Of a stretch of DNA of 64,000 nt, positions 62,457-64,000 are shown in pieces. Under the pieces are notes generated by a model. The model was not told the DNA's origin. It saw only the letters and a list, made by a program, of their open reading frames with translations, and ran no database searches. Origin of the DNA: Haliotis rubra (lineage: Eukaryota); contig NW_025767190.1 in assembly GCF_003918875.1 (NCBI RefSeq), positions 4,898,001-4,962,000 of the forward strand, given 5' to 3'. The first letter of the stretch is position 1; every line of letters begins with the position of its first letter. The translations under genes were made by a program, and so were the position numbers.

Positions 62457-62710
62457 TTCAGACGCCTGGCAACAGAAAATTGCTAATCTTCAGCTTGCAT
62501 TCTTTCAATGTCGATGTCCCGTGTCGCAGCGTCAAGACGTAACTGTAGTGATTTGACCTTGAAACTCCATCAAAAACAAATGCCGATTTCCGAAAGTAAT
62601 CTGGATATTTATAGTCATACAGTGCATGTTCTTTGCTGCACAATTTCAACTGGAAGGTGATTTCTGTTGCGTTGTGGTGATGCCTTGTTAATACTTGTAA
62701 GAAATCTCAT
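62457..62710 (-). mobile_element. Inverted fragment of the Tc1 remnant at ~42465-42714
   Basis: Reverse-complement match over ~250 bp, including the start of the transposase remnant. Confidence 0.85.
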
Positions 62711-63657
62711 ACAACTCTTTAATTGGACTTAAGTCACTGACACCGACACCAACATTTCACATCAGATGCTGGAAGAAGGATAACGTTCCCAGATTTAATA
62801 ACCTCTAAGACAGGGATCAAGCCTCAGGCAATCGGTTCCAAAAACACCATGTCAGATTTATAAAATCAAAGCCAGAGGGCAATCACTCTCAAATATGGCA
62901 TTTCGTACGGTATAAAAGACAAATATCTTTACGTGAAAGCTCCGACTTCATGTTGTACCGAGCAAAACATAACGATCGAATTCTATGCGTGTTCATAGAC
63001 TGAACTATAAGTTTTCAACGCCTTGGAGGTAGCATCTACAAACATGAGGACTACCAAACAAGAAACATGAGCATATTAGTAGACAGAACCTTAGATCGGC
63101 TAATTAGCTATATTTGATGACGACGACAACAAATGGAATCAGCAACTTACCAGACCAGACAAGGAATACGCGACCGCCAAATGACAGAAACCCAGACAAT
63201 GACCACAGCTTCTGATGCATCCTTAACACCGTCCTCTTTAAAGTAGCGTTTATGCCTAGTGATAATTCCGTGATGAATTAATTCCCAATATGTCGATATA
63301 ATAATATCATCAACTTGTAATATTCAGTAGTTTTCTGAGTAAATAGACCAAAGATCTTCAAATGAAATAGAATGACAAATTTAAGGACATTAGAATTGAT
63401 ATAAATGCTAAAACAAATATATTCAGTGAGTCCCAAAAGATCGATAGGAAAGAGTCACACCACTCCAGACGTCAACTTACATTTTCTTTTTGGTCTTAAG
63501 AATACGAGGATGAATCTTTGGATTATTCTGACACATATGGGCATTCTTGTCCACGATCTCCGCTATGATGACATGTTGTATATTGTTCAGTAACAGAGTA
63601 CATAATTATATGCATTTTCAGGCCATTCTTTCTCCACTTTCCATGCTTGTCATATTG

Positions 63658-63947
63658 GACCGCCTCTGTCTTGTAGTCGTTAGAGCATCCGCCCAGAGAG
63701 CGGAAGGTTGTGCGTTTGATCCCCGGCCGCGTCATACCAAAAGACGTTACAATATGGTACTTGTTGGTTCCGGCCTGGCACTCGGTATTAATGGGTACAA
63801 CAAGGACTGGTCAGCTCGGAATCAGTATAATAGTCTGAGTGGGGTATTCATGCTTCACTGCGGCATTGTTTCTCAGTGAGCAAGCACAATAAACCCAGCT
63901 TCAGTCTGGGCTGGCACAAGCAGCCAGACATACACACGCATGCACGT
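63658..63947 (+). mobile_element. tRNA-derived SINE, family B (older, 3'-truncated)
   Basis: Same head and GTCATACCAAAAGACGTTA core as 41536. Confidence 0.88.
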
Positions 63948-64000
63948 ACTGGCAAACAAGGATAAGTTGAGCTCCGACCTGACAATTGACCCGTATTAGC

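Larger units (their letters stand above)
36060..63655. repeat. Old three-copy tandem duplication: X1 ~36.1-41.2k, Y1 ~44.2-47.6k; X2 ~50.0-52.3k, Y2 ~54.0-56.6k; X3 ~58.3-61.3k, Y3 ~62.7-63.65k
   Basis: Collinear diverged matches, e.g. 40030-40800 ~ 51345-52050; 50230-50810 ~ 58400-59020; 52080-52330 ~ 60930-61170; 44840-45130 ~ 54165-54449 ~ 62845-63115; 46590-47300 ~ 55505-56170; 45380-45670 ~ 63340-63650. Confidence 0.85.

Overview
AT-rich (roughly 35-37% GC by eye) eukaryotic genomic DNA. The SINE repertoire with (CACT/CAGT)n tails suggests a mollusc, probably an abalone-like gastropod (inference from recalled repeat families). I found no intact host gene. The window has three parts. (1) 1-28.8 kb: a young tandem array of five ~4.5-7.3 kb units arranged as a ~13.9 kb A-B higher-order repeat. 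Each unit appears to carry decayed remains of two long, intronless, head-to-tail, mutually related plus-strand ORFs, plus a fragment of a third paralogue in the longer ORF-A copies. I cannot assign this family; the organisation resembles viral or giant-element cargo. (2) 28.8-36 kb: a solo LTR with a nested Helentron-like element, SINEs, an orphan ORF, an intact DD34E Tc1 transposon (perfect 29-bp TIRs, TA TSD) and a deleted Tc1. (3) 36-64 kb: three older, diverged copies of an X+Y block with minus-strand exon-like remnants, each independently invaded by SINEs, LINE pieces, a hAT element, a Sailor-like IS630-Tc1-mariner remnant and a 406-bp TIR element with a 6-bp TSD (Polinton-like ends). An assembly gap lies at 54450-54715. 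All translations and alignments were done by eye; coordinates of degenerate features are approximate.
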